A DNA stretch of 64,000 bases, taken from assembly GCA_036785375.1 (NCBI GenBank), contig JAWMAR010000892.1, positions 310,001 through 374,000 on the forward strand. The letters run 5' to 3'. The stretch is from Leucoraja ocellata (taxonomy: Eukaryota). Within the stretch, counting starts at the first letter, position 1, and each line of letters opens with the position of its first letter. This document shows, one piece after another, positions 24,098-37,740 of this stretch. Under the pieces are notes generated by a model, which searched no databases, was not told the origin of the DNA, and was given only the letters and a program-made list of their open reading frames with translations. The translations under genes were made by a program, and so were the position numbers.

Positions 24098-27000
24098 TTT
24101 TTTTTTTTAAATATTTTATTTTATTAGAAGTAAGCACAGTCATATGGCACCAAAGTGCCTAATATATATTTTCATAATACATTTTATGTACAACTTCTTT
24201 TTTTTTTTTGTTACATTGAAAAAAGATGAGCATAAGAAAAAGAAGTTAGATAGTAAAGGATAGAAAGATGTGAAATATATAGTGTGTGAAGAAAGAAAAC
24301 GAGTAAATGAAGAAAGTTGAGAGAGAAAATAGTGAAAAGAAAAGGAGATCATTATTTATAATCTTGACCAACCCTCGTCCAGTCCTGAAACAGTTATTTT
24401 TTACAATTGTGTTGCACCATATGATTCCAAAAAAACGACGAATGGAGACCAACTCGTTATGAATTGGTCTGGTTTATCCATTAGGAGGAATCGCATTTCC
24501 TCAAGATGAGCGGTGTCCAACATACTTGCAATCCACATTTTAAGCGTTGGTATTGATGTACCCTTCCAAAATTTAAGTATTAATTTTTTTGCTATTATTA
24601 AACCATAGTTAAGGAATAGATTTTGAGATGTGTTCAATTTATTCCCATCTTCCATTACACCAAATATAATCATTTCAGTATTAGGTTCCATTCTTGTCTT
24701 GAATAATTTTGTAAGTATTTCAAAAATATCATTCCAAAATCTATAAAGTTTTATGCAGGAAACTAAGGAGTGTGTTATAGTTGCCTTTTGGGCTAGACAT
24801 TTATCACAAGTGGCGGATATATTTGGGTAAAATTTGTTCAATCTTGTTTTTGAATAATATAATCTATGTACAATTTTAAATTGAATTAGATTATGTCTTA
24901 CATTAATTGAACATTTGTGAATATATATCAGGTATTTTTCCCATTTAACCTTCGTAATTTTTATCATTAATTCCCGTTCCCACTCTTCTCTAAGTACCTC
25001 TGTCGATGGTAGGTCTATATTTAGAATACTATTATATAAATAGGATATTAATTTTTGTGAGTCAGCTTCAATATTCATTGCTTCTTCCAATAAGTCAGGA
25101 GTTACTTTTTGATATCCTTGTATATATTTTTTCACAAAGTCGCAAATCTGAAGATATTTAAAATATTGGTTGTTTTTCAATTTAAATTTTAATTGTAGTT
25201 GTTGGAATGATAGTAGGTTTCCCATTTCGTACATATCCCTGATCCTTCTAATTCCGAGACTTTCCCATTGGTTATATGTCTTATCAATAAGAGATGGTTT
25301 AAATAAAGGGTTATTCGCAATTGGCATTAACAGTGATAGATTTCTTAATTTTAAAGATAATTTTATTTGTTTCCAAATTCTTATTGTACCATATATAATT
25401 GGGTTCTTCTTATATATTGTGTTATTCAGTTTTTTTGGGGAAAAGAGGATCGTTCCTATATTTCAAGGATGACAATCCTCCTTCTCCATTTTTATCCATT
25501 CTGTCTGTTGTGTAGAACTATCCAACCAATAAATCATATTCTTAATATGCACTGCCCAGTAATAATACATAAAATTCGGAAGTGAAAGTCCCCCGACCTC
25601 TTTTGGTTTACATAAGTGTTTTTTTGTGATTCTATGTGATTTATAGTCCCAAATATAATTTGTAATGTTAGAGTCTAATTTTTTTTTAAAATATTTTGGT
25701 ATATATACCGGTATAGACTGAAATAGGTATAGTAATTGTGGTAGGAAGATCATTTTTATTGCATTTATTCTACCTAATAATGATAAGGGAAGTGTTTTCC
25801 AAAATTTAATCCGTGTATTAAGTTTATTTAATAAAGGTATGAAATTAGCATTGAATAATGCTTTATATTTTCTAGTAATCTGAATACCCAAATATTTAAA
25901 TTTTTCTGTTGCGATTTTAAAGGGGAACTTCAGTAAGTGTGTAGGTTCTTGAGGTTTTAATGTCATGATTTCGCTTTTGTTCCAGTTTATTCTATATCCA
26001 GAAAAAGACCCAAATTCCTCTATTAAGTTTAATAAATTTGGTATGCTCGTTTGTGACTTTGTAATATATAAAAGTATATCGTCTGCATATAATGAGATTT
26101 TATTCTTTGAGTCCCTGGTATTATAGCCCTGAATATTCGGATGAATTCTTATACTTTCAGCCAGGGGTTCTATCATAAGGGCAAATAGCAGGGGTGATAG
26201 TGCACATCCCTGCCTATTACCCCTTGATAGTTGAAATTTTTGAGATAACATGTTATTAGTTAAAATTCTTGCCATCGGTTTATCATATAATAATTTTACC
26301 CATGTTATAAAATTCTCTCCTATATTAAATTTTTGTAGTACTTTATATAAGTATTGCCACTCTACCTGATCAAATGCTTTCTCTGCATCCAAAGAAATAA
26401 TTGATATATGTTCTTCCTCTACTTTATGCGAGTACATTATATTAAACAGGCGTCTCAGATTATTAAATGAGTATCTTTTAGGTATAAACCCCGTTTGATC
26501 AGGGTTTATCAGTTTACTAATATATTTGCTTAATCTACTTGCTAAAATCTTTGCTAAAATTTTCTGATCTGTATTTAAAAGTGATATAGCTCTGTACGAG
26601 CCCGGATCTTCTAAATCTTTATCTTTTTTTGGAATAAGCATAATAGTTGATTCTGTTAGTGTTTCAGGTAGTTTGTTTTCTTTAAAAGCATGGGAGTATA
26701 AATTAAATAAATAAGGGGCCGTTATCTCCTGAAATTTTTTATAAAATTCATTATTAAAACCATCTGGTCCATTTTTACCATTTTTCAACGATTTTATTGT
26801 TTCACCTATTTCTTTGATTGTAATTTGAGCTCCTAGTTCCTCTTGTTCCAAAGGGTCCAGTATTGGAAGATTACAGTTATCTAGAATTTTTTTTATTTTA
26901 CTATCTTCTATTTTAATTTTAGATGTATATAAGTTTTGGTAAAATTGGGCAAATCTATTATTAATATCTTTAGGTAGTATTAGTAATTTGCCTTTCTCTG

Positions 27001-30000
27001 ATTTAATTTTGGTTATAGTATTTTCCCTTTCTTGTTTTTTCAATTGGCAGGCTAAAAGTTTATGTGGCTTGTCACCAAACTCAAAATGTTCCTGTTTTGT
27101 AATTTGGAATAGTCTTATTACTCTTGCCGATAAAATTCGATTAAGTTTAAATTTCAGTAATACTATCTTATTGTGTTTATCTGTCGTGGAATCTTTGGCA
27201 TTATCCAACTCTAACTGTCTGATTTCTTGTTCTAACAACAATTGTTCTGTCTTATTCTTTTTATTTTGAAAACTTTGATATGAAATTATAATTCCTCTCA
27301 TAAATGCCTTAAAAGTTTCCCATAATAAAGAAGGCGAAGTACCTGGTATATCATTTGTATCGAAAAAAAGTTTCATTTGTTGTTTTAAATATTGATAGCC
27401 TTGCACGTCATTTAAAATATGTGTAGTAAACCTCCAAAAAAATTTTTTACCCGGCATTCCCTCAAATTTTACTGAGAATGTCAACGGAGAGTGATCTGAG
27501 ATACTACTAATGTGGTATGTTGGGTTGTTTGTATAAGGCATTAATTTCATGTCCACTAAACAATAATCAATTCTTGAATAAGTTTTATGCACCGAGAGTA
27601 AAACGAGTATTCCCTTCCAACTGGATTAGCAGATCTCCATACATCTATTATATTAGTATTTTTTATATATGTATTTAGAAGTTCCCTAGTTTTAGATTTT
27701 AAATTACTCTTCTTTTGTTTTTATGATTTATCTAAATATGAATCTAAAAAACAGTTAAAGCCCCCCCCCTATTATCACATTTTGGTAATTAAACTCTGAT
27801 ATTATATCAATAATTTTATCAAAAAATTGGGGGTTGTCAAAATTCGGAGCATAAATATTTATCAAAGTTAGTGGGGTTGCATAAATTTCACCCGAGACTA
27901 TGATATACCTTCCCTCTTTATCTGATATAGTATTCTTTAATTTAAAAGGAATACCTTTCCTAATAAGAATAGCTGTACCCCTAGATTTAGAAGTAAATGA
28001 GTAGTACGTTTGGCCTATCCGATTCGCCTTTAATCTTATTTGTGTTTGTTGTTTCATGTGGGTCTCCTGCAAAAACATTATGTCGCTTTTCAACGATTTT
28101 AGTTGGGCAAAAATTTTACCCCTCTTAATTGGTTCGTTGGCACCCCTTATATTCCAACTACAAAATGGAATTCCTCCATTCTTTATTTGTCTATCGTCTT
28201 GCATTGTAATCAGGGTAATATTCCTGAATCATATGGTGCAACCAAATACCTCAGAATTTTAGGAGTTGGGTGGTCATCCCGGTTTATTAGATTTATATTG
28301 CATCTCCTTCTTGTAAAGTGCCTTAGAAAAAGAAAAAAAGAATGTGATATACAATTACTTTCAAAAAAATTAAACAGATAAAAATCTTGATTGTGCTTTA
28401 AAAAAAAAGGTGCTATTAAGGTATCTAAGGGAAGATACCTTAAGGACGAATAGCCATCAATGATGGCAAAAAATGTATCGACCTCCGTGATGTTGTTATA
28501 CATTGAGCTCCTCCCCCTTGGTGAATCCTCATAAAAAGTTACATACCGTTTCATATTTTGTCTTTTCTTATATGAGTTTATCAAACCAGTGCGTGACAGC
28601 CGAGAGAAAAAATAAAAAAAATATTTAAAAAAAGTTACCAGGAAGAGACATAAGGAGTAAAAAAAAACCCAAAACAAATATAGAACATAACATATACACG
28701 ATTATATAAGTATATATGTCCTTCCAATTATCCAATCTTAATCTAATCTAAACTTTCCAATATATATCCCCCCAGGATTCTTACATAATATTCCATTCTA
28801 TAACTACCGTACATCATACAGGCCGGTACCAAAGGGTTAACTACCGTACAGGCAGGTGCCAAGGGGTTAAACTTTGAGCTTTTCATCCAAGGTTGAATAT
28901 AACCAAGCTCTCTGAATAACACATTCCAACGAGATAAGCTTTTTAATTGACTGGTTAGCTCGGCCATTTTATTCAGTTCAAAGCTCTGTAAAAAGTTCAA
29001 TCTTCTTCTTTGTCGGCAGCTTGCCCCGATGTTTTCTTAACGATGTCCTCTGCATACTTTAAAGCTTTTCCGGGCTCTGCAAATGAGCGTTCAACGCCGT
29101 TATAAGATACCTTCATTTTTCCGGGAAAGTAAATTCCATATCTTACTCCCGGGACATCCCTCAAAGTGTGTCTTGCCGGTGTAAACAATCTCATTTTCTG
29201 GACTACCTCAGGAGAGTAATCGCGAAATATTCACACATTATCCCCACGGTATGTTAGCTTCTTGCCATGAATGATCTTTTTCAATATAAATTCCACTGAA
29301 GAGATGTCACGGAATTTCACGATTATCTGTCTTGAATAATTTTTTCCTCTTGCAACATACCCAACTCGGTTAGCGACGTCTATTCTTGGTTCTTCTGACA
29401 GTTCAAAGACATCTTTGAGCAAATCAGTAACGAAAGTACATGCTTGAGATTCATGTCCTTCACGTCCTTCCTTTACTCCAAGAATCCTCAAGTTATATCT
29501 CCGAGTTCTTGATTCCAGGTCCAGCCATTTATCAGTCATTCTTCCAAGTTTTTCCTCTTCAGTTTTCTGTGATTGTTTCAAACTCTTTATTTCCGAGACA
29601 ATCTCTTTTATCTCATTCTCCATCTCTTCCATTATCTAATCCAGCTTTCCGAAATCATACTTTACATCTTTAAATTTCTTGTTGTAATCATTTTCAATTC
29701 TGACACACTCTGATTTTAATCTCTTATCAAATTCCTTATCCTGCTTTTTCAGTTCTTTTAACTCACTGCAAGTATTATCAATTTTTTGAGAAAGTTTCTC
29801 CATGCTAGCCTCCATACTCTGCTTGTTACTTTCCATGTGAGACTCCATACTTTGCATCTTCTTCAGTGTAATGTTAATTGTAGCATTCATATCTAAAAGC
29901 AATTGCTTCACTTCTTTCTCCTTCTTGTCTCCTTTTGTTGCCATTTCAAACAGAGACCCTTGTCTGTATGAATCTTCTTCTTCTGAACCTTCTTCTGTCG

Positions 30001-30286
30001 TTTGCAGAGTATCCAATACTTTCTCGAGCTGAAAGCTGATAGTGTTTTTCTCTGGCGCCCTTGAACGATTATCTCTGCTCATTTAAACTAATTTAAACAC
30101 CCGATTTCACCATTAATCTCCCCGATGTTCACGTCTTCTTCTGATGATATCACCCTTACACAACACCAGGCAACTTCGGTGAGTTTTTTAAAAAAATCGG
30201 TGCTGACTTAAAACGGCTTTTACAATTTTTTACGGGGGAGAAGCTCAATGCCGCGCCTTAATTCTCCATGACGCCGCCGGAAGTCC
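24098..30286 (-). mobile_element. Full-length L1-clade LINE (related to 4334-8663); ORF1 ~28997-30082 and ORF2 ~24401-28204, both disrupted
   Basis: 15-bp TSD GTATGAAGTATTTTT (24083-24097, 30287-30301); poly(A) at the left end; 5' end GGACTTCCGG; ORF1 coiled coil plus LESRTRRYNLRILG; ORF2 APE/RT (LYADD) in several frames. Confidence 0.95.
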
Positions 30287-30304
30287 GTATGAAGTATTTT
30301 TAAG

Positions 30305-30960
30305 AGGTAACTTTTTAAGGGGTAACTTTATCCACACAAAGGGTGATGGGTGTATGGAACAAGCTGCCCGAGGAGGTAGTTGAGGCAGGGACCATCCCAA
30401 TATTTAAGAAAAAGTTAGACTGATACATGGATAGGACAGGTTTGGAGGTATGGACCAAAAGCAGGTAGCGTAGCTGGGACATGTTGGCGGGTGAGGGCAA
30501 GTTGCACCGAAGGGCTTGTTTTCACACTGTATCACTCTATGACTACATTATACCTCCACCATGCATGAATGCTTCAAAATCAAGTGATCGAGTTTTATTG
30601 CCATATACTCAAGCATAGAAACATAGAAAATAGGTGCAGGAATAGGCCATTTGGCCCTTCGAGCCAGCACTGCCATTCAATATGATCATGGCTATTCATC
30701 TAATATCAGTACCTCTTTCCTGTTTTCTCCCCATAACCCATGATGTCGTTAGCCCCAAGAACTAAATGTAACTCTCTCTTGAAAACATCCAGTGAATTGA
30801 CCTGCACTGCCTTCTGTGGCAGAGAATTCCACAGATTCACAACTCTCTGCATGAAGAAAGTTTGTCCTCATCTCAGTCCTAACTGCCCCCCCCCCTTTAT
30901 TCTTAAACTGTGACCCATGGTTCTGAACGCCCCCAACATCGGGAACATTTTTCCTGCAGT
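30305..30960. mobile_element. Two CR1 3'-end fragments (plus 30305-30545, minus 30615-30960)
   Basis: CR1 3'UTR text with (CATAGAAA) tail. Confidence 0.65.
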
Positions 30961-31056
30961 TACAGTAAGTGAATATCTAGCAGGAAAGCAGGATGCTTTC
31001 TCCAACCACCCCCATTTGAAGTCCACTATCTTCCACCGTATCTACCCAGTGCTTGG

Positions 31057-31922
31057 TAATAATAATAATAATAAATTTTATTTATGGGCGCCTTTCAAGA
31101 GTCTCAAGGACACCTTACAAAAATTTAGCAGGTAGAGGAAAAACATGTAAGGGGAATGAAATAAATAGTAGAGACATGACTAGTACACAAAGTAAAGACA
31201 GAATTCAATACAAAACACAATATGAGGCAATTCAAGCACAGATGAGAAGGGAGGGGGACGTGGGGCTAAGGATAGGCAGAGGTGAAGAGATGGGTCTTGA
31301 AGCAGGACTGGAAGATGGTGACGGACACGGAATTGTGGATCTGTTGGGGGAGGGAGTTCCAGAGCCTGGGAGCTGCCTTGGAGAAGGCTCTGTCGCCAAA
31401 ACTGTGGAGGTTGGACTTGTGGTTGGAGAGGAGACCGGCTGATGTGGATCTGAGGGACCGTGAGGGTTGGTAGGGGGAGAGGAGGTCAGTGAGATATGGG
31501 GGGGCCAGATGGTGGAGGGCTTTGTAGGTGAGGATCAGGATTTTGTAGGTGATCTGGTGGGAGATGGGAAGCCAGTGAAGTTGTTTGAGGACTGGAGTGA
31601 TGTGATGCCAGGATTTGGTGGGGGTGATGAGTCGGGCGGCTGCGTTCTGGACCAGTTGGAGTCGGATGATGTAGGTGGAGCTGATGCCAAGGAGAAGTGA
31701 GTTGCAATAGTCCAGTCGGGAGGAGATGAAGGCATGGATGAGTCATTCAGCAGCAGGAGGTGTGAGAGAGGGTCTGAGTTTGGCGATGTTGCGGAGATGA
31801 AAGAAGGAGGTTTTAATGACATGGCGGATGTGAGGCTCAAGGGAGAGGGTGGAATCGAAGATCACGCCAAGGTTGCGGGCCTGGGGAGATGGTGAGACAG
31901 TGGTGCCGTCGATGGTGAGAGT
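31057..31922 (-). mobile_element. L2-clade LINE 3' fragment
   Basis: Minus strand RNLGVIFD..FHLRNIAKLRP..IHAFISSRLDYCN..LQLVQNAAARL..HITPVLKQLHWLP; (ATT)n tail at 31057-31075. Confidence 0.85.
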
Positions 31923-31969
31923 GGGTACTTACTTCCAGCAGCCACTGGTTGTCGTCCAGGATCCACAGA

Positions 31970-32720
31970 GACTCTCTCTCTCTCCCCCCTCTTTTCCGCT
32001 CTCTCCTCTCAACCCCCTATCTCTCCCCTCCCTCTCTCTTTTCCCTCTCTCTCTCCTCTCGCCCTCTCTCTCTCTCTCCTCTCACCCCCTCTCTCCCGTC
32101 TTCCCCTCTCACTCTCTCCCCTTCCCTCTCTTCTCTCTTCCCCCCTCTCTCCCCCTCATTCCCCCCTCTCTCCCTCCCACTTTACTCTTCCCCCTCTCTC
32201 TTGCCCCCTCTCTTCTCTCTATCTCCCCCTCTCTCTCCCCTCTCTCTCTCCCCCTCGCTTTCTTCTCTCTCCCCCTCTCTCCTCTCTCCCCCTCGCTTCC
32301 CCTCAACCTCTTTCTCCCTCCCTCTCTATCTCCCCCTCTCCACACCCCCCTCTCTCTTTCTCCTCTCTCTCTGTCTCTCCTCTCACTTCTCTCTCTTCCC
32401 CATTTCTCCCTCCTACCTCACTCTCCCCCTCTCCCCTCTCTTTCTCCTCTGTCTCTATCTCTTTTTCTTTGCCCCCCTATCTCTCTTTCCCTGTTTCTCT
32501 TTCCCCCTCTCTTTTACCACCTCTCTCTTCCCCTTCTCTCCCATTCTCTCCTACCCTCTCCACCCCCTCTCTCTCTTCCCTTTCTTCCCTCTCACCCCTC
32601 TCTCACTTCCCCCCCTCTCTCCCCCACCTCCATTCACTCCCCTCTCTCTCCTCTCACTCTCTCCTCTCTCTCTCCCCTGTCTCCCTGTCTCCTTCCTCTT
32701 TCTCTCTCTCCACCTCCCTT
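31970..32720. repeat. CT-rich low-complexity polypyrimidine tract
   Basis: About 750 bp almost entirely C/T on the plus strand. Confidence 0.95.
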
Positions 32721-33099
32721 TGAGAGTCTGTCCCTTCGGCACAGAGACTCTGGCGGCAGCGGCAGCAGCTCAACGTTTCTGACGCCTCCGACGCCCGGGA
32801 CTTGCACTGTCCGGAATGCTCCATGGCCAGAGCTGCAGCGAGCGACACGCCGGCCCCGGCAAACACTGGTCCGTCCCGGCTCCCCGCATCTGTTCCGGCC
32901 GCTGGTTCTGCTCCCATCCCTCCCGCAGCCTCTTCTCTCCAATACCCGCGGACCGTGCAGTTTATCCGAGTTTTGACATTTTCGTTGATCACAAAATTTC
33001 TCACCACTGAGCGTGAGAAATTTCTGATGAGCGTGAGGGCGTGAGAGTTTGCTTGAGGGCGTGAGTCTCACGCTCAAAGCGTGAGAGTTGGCAGCCCTG
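32720..33099. mobile_element. Probable hAT-like non-autonomous element end
   Basis: CpG-rich segment with GCGTGAG subterminal repeats ending GTTGGCAGCCCTG (CAGGG-type terminus); the other end was not found. Confidence 0.4.
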
Positions 33100-33492
33100 A
33101 TATGTATACAATCATGAGAGGAATAGATCGGGTAGATGCACAGAGTAGGGGAATCGAGAACAAGAGAACAATAGGTTTAACGTGAAGGGGAAAAGATTTA
33201 ATAGGAATCTGAGGGGTAACTTTTTTACACAAAGGATAGTGGGTGTATGGAACTAGCTGCCAGAGGGGGTAGTTGAGGCAGGGACTATCCCAACGTTAAG
33301 AAACAGTTAGACAGGTCCATAGATAGGACAGGTTTAGAGGGACATGGGCCAAATGCAAGCAGGTGGGACTGGTGTAGCTGGGACATGTTGGCCGGTGTGG
33401 GCAAGTTGGGCCAAAGGGCCTGTTTCCATACTGTGACTATGATTAATGGGATTAACCTCTATCAGGCAATTCACCATGGACTTGACACTCAC

Positions 33493-33556
33493 TCTGCATC
33501 TTGGCTTTGATGTGCAGTGGGAACACTCGGTCTAACCCACCCTTCTGTTAACTGGG
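33493..33556 (-). CDS. B7-like gene: candidate cytoplasmic-tail exon
   Basis: Non-repeat island with TTCCATCAG acceptor and GTGAGT donor; 64 nt, phase 1 to 2; in frame with the TM exon: AQLTEGWVRPSVPTAHQSQDA. Confidence 0.45.
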
Positions 33557-33599
33557 CTGATGGAATATTTTGTGTAGGAATTATAATAATTGAATATTG

Positions 33600-34530
33600 T
33601 CAAATTCCTGGGCGTGTATATTTCCGACAATCTTTCATGGACCCAGCACAATGATGCAATCATAAAGAAAGCACAACAATGCCTCTACTTCCTGATAAGA
33701 TTACGGAAATTCAGTATGTCAAAGAGGATTGCATCGTGGCCTGGTTCGGCAACTTGAACCTCCAGGAGCAGAAAAGACGGCAAGAAGTTGTAAACACTGC
33801 CCAGGCCATCACCGGTTCTGACCTCCCCACCATCGAAGGGATCTATCATAGTCGCCTTCTCAAAAAGACAACCAACATCATCAAAGACTCACACCATCCT
33901 GGCCACACACTCATCTCACCACTGCCATCGGGAAGAAGGTACAGGAGCCTGAGAACTGTAACATCCAGGTTCAGGAACAGCTTCTTCCCTACAGCCATCA
34001 GGCTATTAAACACAACAACCTCATATGCAATGATGATTATTATTATTATTACACTGTTATTGTTTGTTCTTTTTTTCCGGAGTTTTTGTTATTATTTATT
34101 ATGATTACATATTCTGTTGTGCTGCAGCAAGTAAGAATTTCATTGTTCTATCTGGGACATATGACAATAAACACTCTTGACTAGATTGAATAAGTTTATT
34201 GGCCAAGTATGTTCACATACAAGGAATTTGCCTTGGTGCTACGCTCACAAGTGACAACATGACACACAGTGACAATTAAGAATGACACATAAAACATTAA
34301 GCATTAAGAAGAAAACATTATCGATTAAACATGTGAATTAAATAAAATACCAGAACAAAAGGAGGCTACATATTTTTGGTTATTCAGTAGAGCTACTACT
34401 CATGGAAAAAAGCTATTTTTATGTCTGGCTGTGGCAGCTTTGAAAGTCCGGAGTCGCCTTCCAGAAGGAAGTGATTCAAAGAGTTTGTGGCCAGGGTGAG
34501 AGGGGTCAGAGATGATCGCATAGGAATGAT
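33600..34530. mobile_element. Rex1-like LINE 3' fragments (plus 33600-34180, minus 34180-34530)
   Basis: CIVAWFGN..HPGHTLISPLPSGRRYRS..FRNSFFPTAIRLLN and associated tails. Confidence 0.7.
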
Positions 34531-34534
34531 CCAT

Positions 34535-36745
34535 AGGAATGAAGGGGCTGTCGTGAAAAAATAGTCTATTCTGGAAAAAGAACGGTGAACATGAGAAAAA
34601 GAGAATTGTCTAGCAGTTGGGTTCAGGAATCTCCAGGGGTCCACATAACCATTTTGTTGCATAAACAGTGAGAAGGCCTTTGCCAAACCAGAAGGTGTCA
34701 CCTTAGAACTAGACCTATCAAGCAGTGGATTAATAGCACAGATCAGGTCTCCGGAAAAAATTAGTTGGTGCGTGGTCAGATCGGGTATTAATGACAAAAC
34801 CTTATTTGCAAAGTGAACATCATCCCAATTAGTGGCATAAACATTCACTAAGACGACAGGTTTTTGAAAAAGACACCCGGAAACTATAATAAACCGGCCA
34901 TTAGGGTCACTGACTATGTCGGACGGTGTAAACTGTATTCTTTTGATGATTAATATTGCCACACCCCTGGACCTGCTATTAAATCTGGAGTGAAAGATCT
35001 GACTAACCCACGTTTTACACAGTCTATTATGATCTTCCAGTCTTAAGCGAGTTTCTTGTAGGAGTAGTATATCTGTTTTTAGTTGTTTCAGATGAGAAAA
35101 AACTGTAGCTTTTAACAGGACCATTAAGCCCCTTTACATTCCAAGATATAAACCTCACAGTCTCCATCAATATCACCATTAGCCATATTTCAAAATATAC
35201 GTTTCAAAAATACATACAAGGTCTGCCATCCAAAACAACGCAAAGGTTGCATGTGAGAGCCCACAATGGGGAAAAAAAGAAAAAAGAAAGTCGAGCGCAT
35301 TTGTAACTATCAAAGAATAAGCTGCCATTACCCCAAAACCTTTCCCTCATCCCCCTTACAATATCAAAAAAAACATTTAACCCCCAAAAACCTAGATCTT
35401 CTTCCCCAACTGAGGACAATCGCAGGCATTACAAAACAAAAAACTTCCAAAGTGTTCCCTAACTAAAATTTTAGATCCAATTGAGGGTGGCTCCCTTCTT
35501 TGAAAGTTGTACAGTCGTTTGTTCTACTTTTAAGATATATAGCCTAAATATAACCCCGGACAAGCAAAGCATTACGAGAAAGAAGGAAGTAAAAAATTGT
35601 ATCCCAGAGAGCAATTTAAAAGTCCTCAACTCACTACTCAAATTCTGTAGCATGGCAGTTCAGCTCAGTCGAGTTCCACAAATTAAACTGAAGAATGAAC
35701 AAATCTTACAAAGATGACCAGTTTACTGCCGCAGGAGGCCGTGCCAATGCCGCGTGGATATCCTAAAAGGTCATTGTTATTCACGGCCGTCACCTCCCCA
35801 GCGCGAGTAATTAAACATTTTGGCAGCCTCTTGTGTATCGAAGTAGTGCTTTTTACCTTCATGAGTGACCTGGAGCCGGGCAGGATACAGGAGGCAAAAC
35901 CAAACCCCTTTCTCGTAGAGCAGGGATTTTATTTCACTAAAAGTTACACGTTTTCTTCCCAGCTCCGCGCTGAAATCCTCATGAAAAAACACCCAGTGCC
36001 CTGGGAAGGACAGTTCCTGCCTCCGTTTGGTGATGATACGATATTGATCCTGGAAGTAATGAAAGAGAACCAGGAACATTCTTGGCTTAGATGGCTTGAT
36101 ATTCGGGACGTTCGTTAGTGTTGGTCCAATTCGGTGGGCACGCGAATGCATAAAAGGTCTTGGGAAGAAATCAGCCCCCAGCACTTCTTCAAAAAACTCA
36201 GTCATAAATTTAACAGGGTCCGAACCTTCCAACTTTTTGGGAATCCCGACCACCTTTAGGTTGGATCTCCGCGAGCGGTTCTTGAGGTCATCTAGCTTCA
36301 CTTTCAGAAGCACATTTTCACTCCGTTGTAGCTATGGCAGTTTCAGCGCTCACCAGTCTGTCACTGTGGTCATTCAGGCCGTCTTCAACCTCGCGAATGT
36401 GTTCATCATGCATTTCGTAATAGGATTTAACTTGCTCCAGACTGGTGTTCACCGGCGACAAAGCCACTTCAAGTTCTCTTTTTAGGACAGAGTTAACCGC
36501 TTGTGTCATATCGGCAAGGAGTGCTGAACGAAGCCTCTCGAGATCCTCTGGTAGTTCAAGGCCAGATTCAGGCAGCGGTACCAAAGCTGCAGCACCCTTG
36601 CTTGAGATTTTGCCGTCTTTTCCTCCAGTTTTAGCTCGACGGCTCATTTATTGTATCAGGTGCTTAATACTGCCTCGAGTCCTTCATAGTGTTTAATAGT
36701 GGCTTATCTCAAAAATTGTTCATTCCATGTTCAACCCGGAAGTCC
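34535..36745 (-). mobile_element. L1-clade element (different family): 5' end, ORF1 and APE domain only
   Basis: 5' GGACTTCCGG at ~36745; ORF1 split into 36318-36647 and 35777-36313 (LKNRSRRSNLKVVGIP); APE motifs LLQET, NVYA, DPWR, SRIDYF. Confidence 0.85.
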
Positions 36746-36904
36746 ACTCCAGCATTTTGTATCTATCTCAAGGATGTGCAGATGTGGTTTACACTGAAGA
36801 TGATGGAGTCCAGCATTACTCCAGAATTTTGTGTCTACCAAGTCAAACCTTCTAGCCTGCTCTTATGTCTAATTTCGCTAAATTATAGAGTTTAAAACAC
36901 TCAC

Positions 36905-37030
36905 CATGTAGTAAGACATTTCGTAGAAAGAGGCAGAGCAGCAGCAGCACTATCATAGCAGCGATGGCAATCAGCTCAACCCACCAGAAACGTTTGGCTC
37001 TCTTCGACACAACCATTCCCTTCGTATTCT
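36905..37030 (-). CDS. B7-like gene: transmembrane exon
   Basis: Acceptor TCTTTCCTGCTAG, donor G|GTGAGT; 126 nt, phase 1-1; NTKGMVVSKRAKRFWWVELIAIAAMIVLLLLCLFLRNVLLH. Confidence 0.8.
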
Positions 37031-37440
37031 CTAGCAGGAAAGACACCGACACAGAAACATCCACTCAATATTGATGCAAATATTAAAAATCAGAAACCAA
37101 AAAAACTTTCATGCAATTTTCCACAGAATCCTTGGAGGTATGAGGAATACATTGTAGTTTAGTGGTTTAGAGATACAGTGCGGAAACAGGCCCTTGGGCC
37201 CACCGAGTCTGCACCGACCAGCGATCCCCACACATTAGCACTATCCCACACTAGGAACAATTTACATTTATACCAAGCCAATTAACCTGTACGTCTTTAG
37301 AGTGTGGGGGGAAACTGGAAATCTCGGAAAAAACCCCAGCATCTGCAGTTCCTTCACACACAGAACAGTACAGCACAGGAATAGGCCCTTCGGCCCATAA
37401 TGTCTGTGCCAAACACGATGCCATGTTAAACTAATCCCTT

Positions 37441-37740
37441 AGTTTTAGTTTAGTTTAGAGATACAGCGCAGAAACAGGCCCTTCAGCCCAACACGTCCGC
37501 GGTGACCAGTGATCCCCGCACACTAACACACTAGGGACAATTTACAATTATACCAAGCCATTTAGCCTACAAACCTGTACGTCTTTGGAGTGTAGGGGGA
37601 AACTGGAGATCCCGGAGAAAACCAACACAGGTCACAGGGAGAACGTACAAACTCCGTACAGACAGCACCCGTAGTCAGATTTGTCCCCGGGTCTCTGGTG
37701 CTGTGAGGCAGCAACTCTACCGCTGCGCCACTGTGCCACC
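37441..37740 (-). mobile_element. HE1-type SINE ('SINE b', distal recombination partner)
   Basis: Its right part and flank CCCCGGTGTTTCACAACTG are shared with the SINEs at 39283 and 49111. Confidence 0.85.

Noticed and set aside
31849-32976. 375-aa Leu/Ser/Pro ORF and overlapping ORFs
   Set aside because: Artefact of the CT-rich tract, which lacks stop codons.
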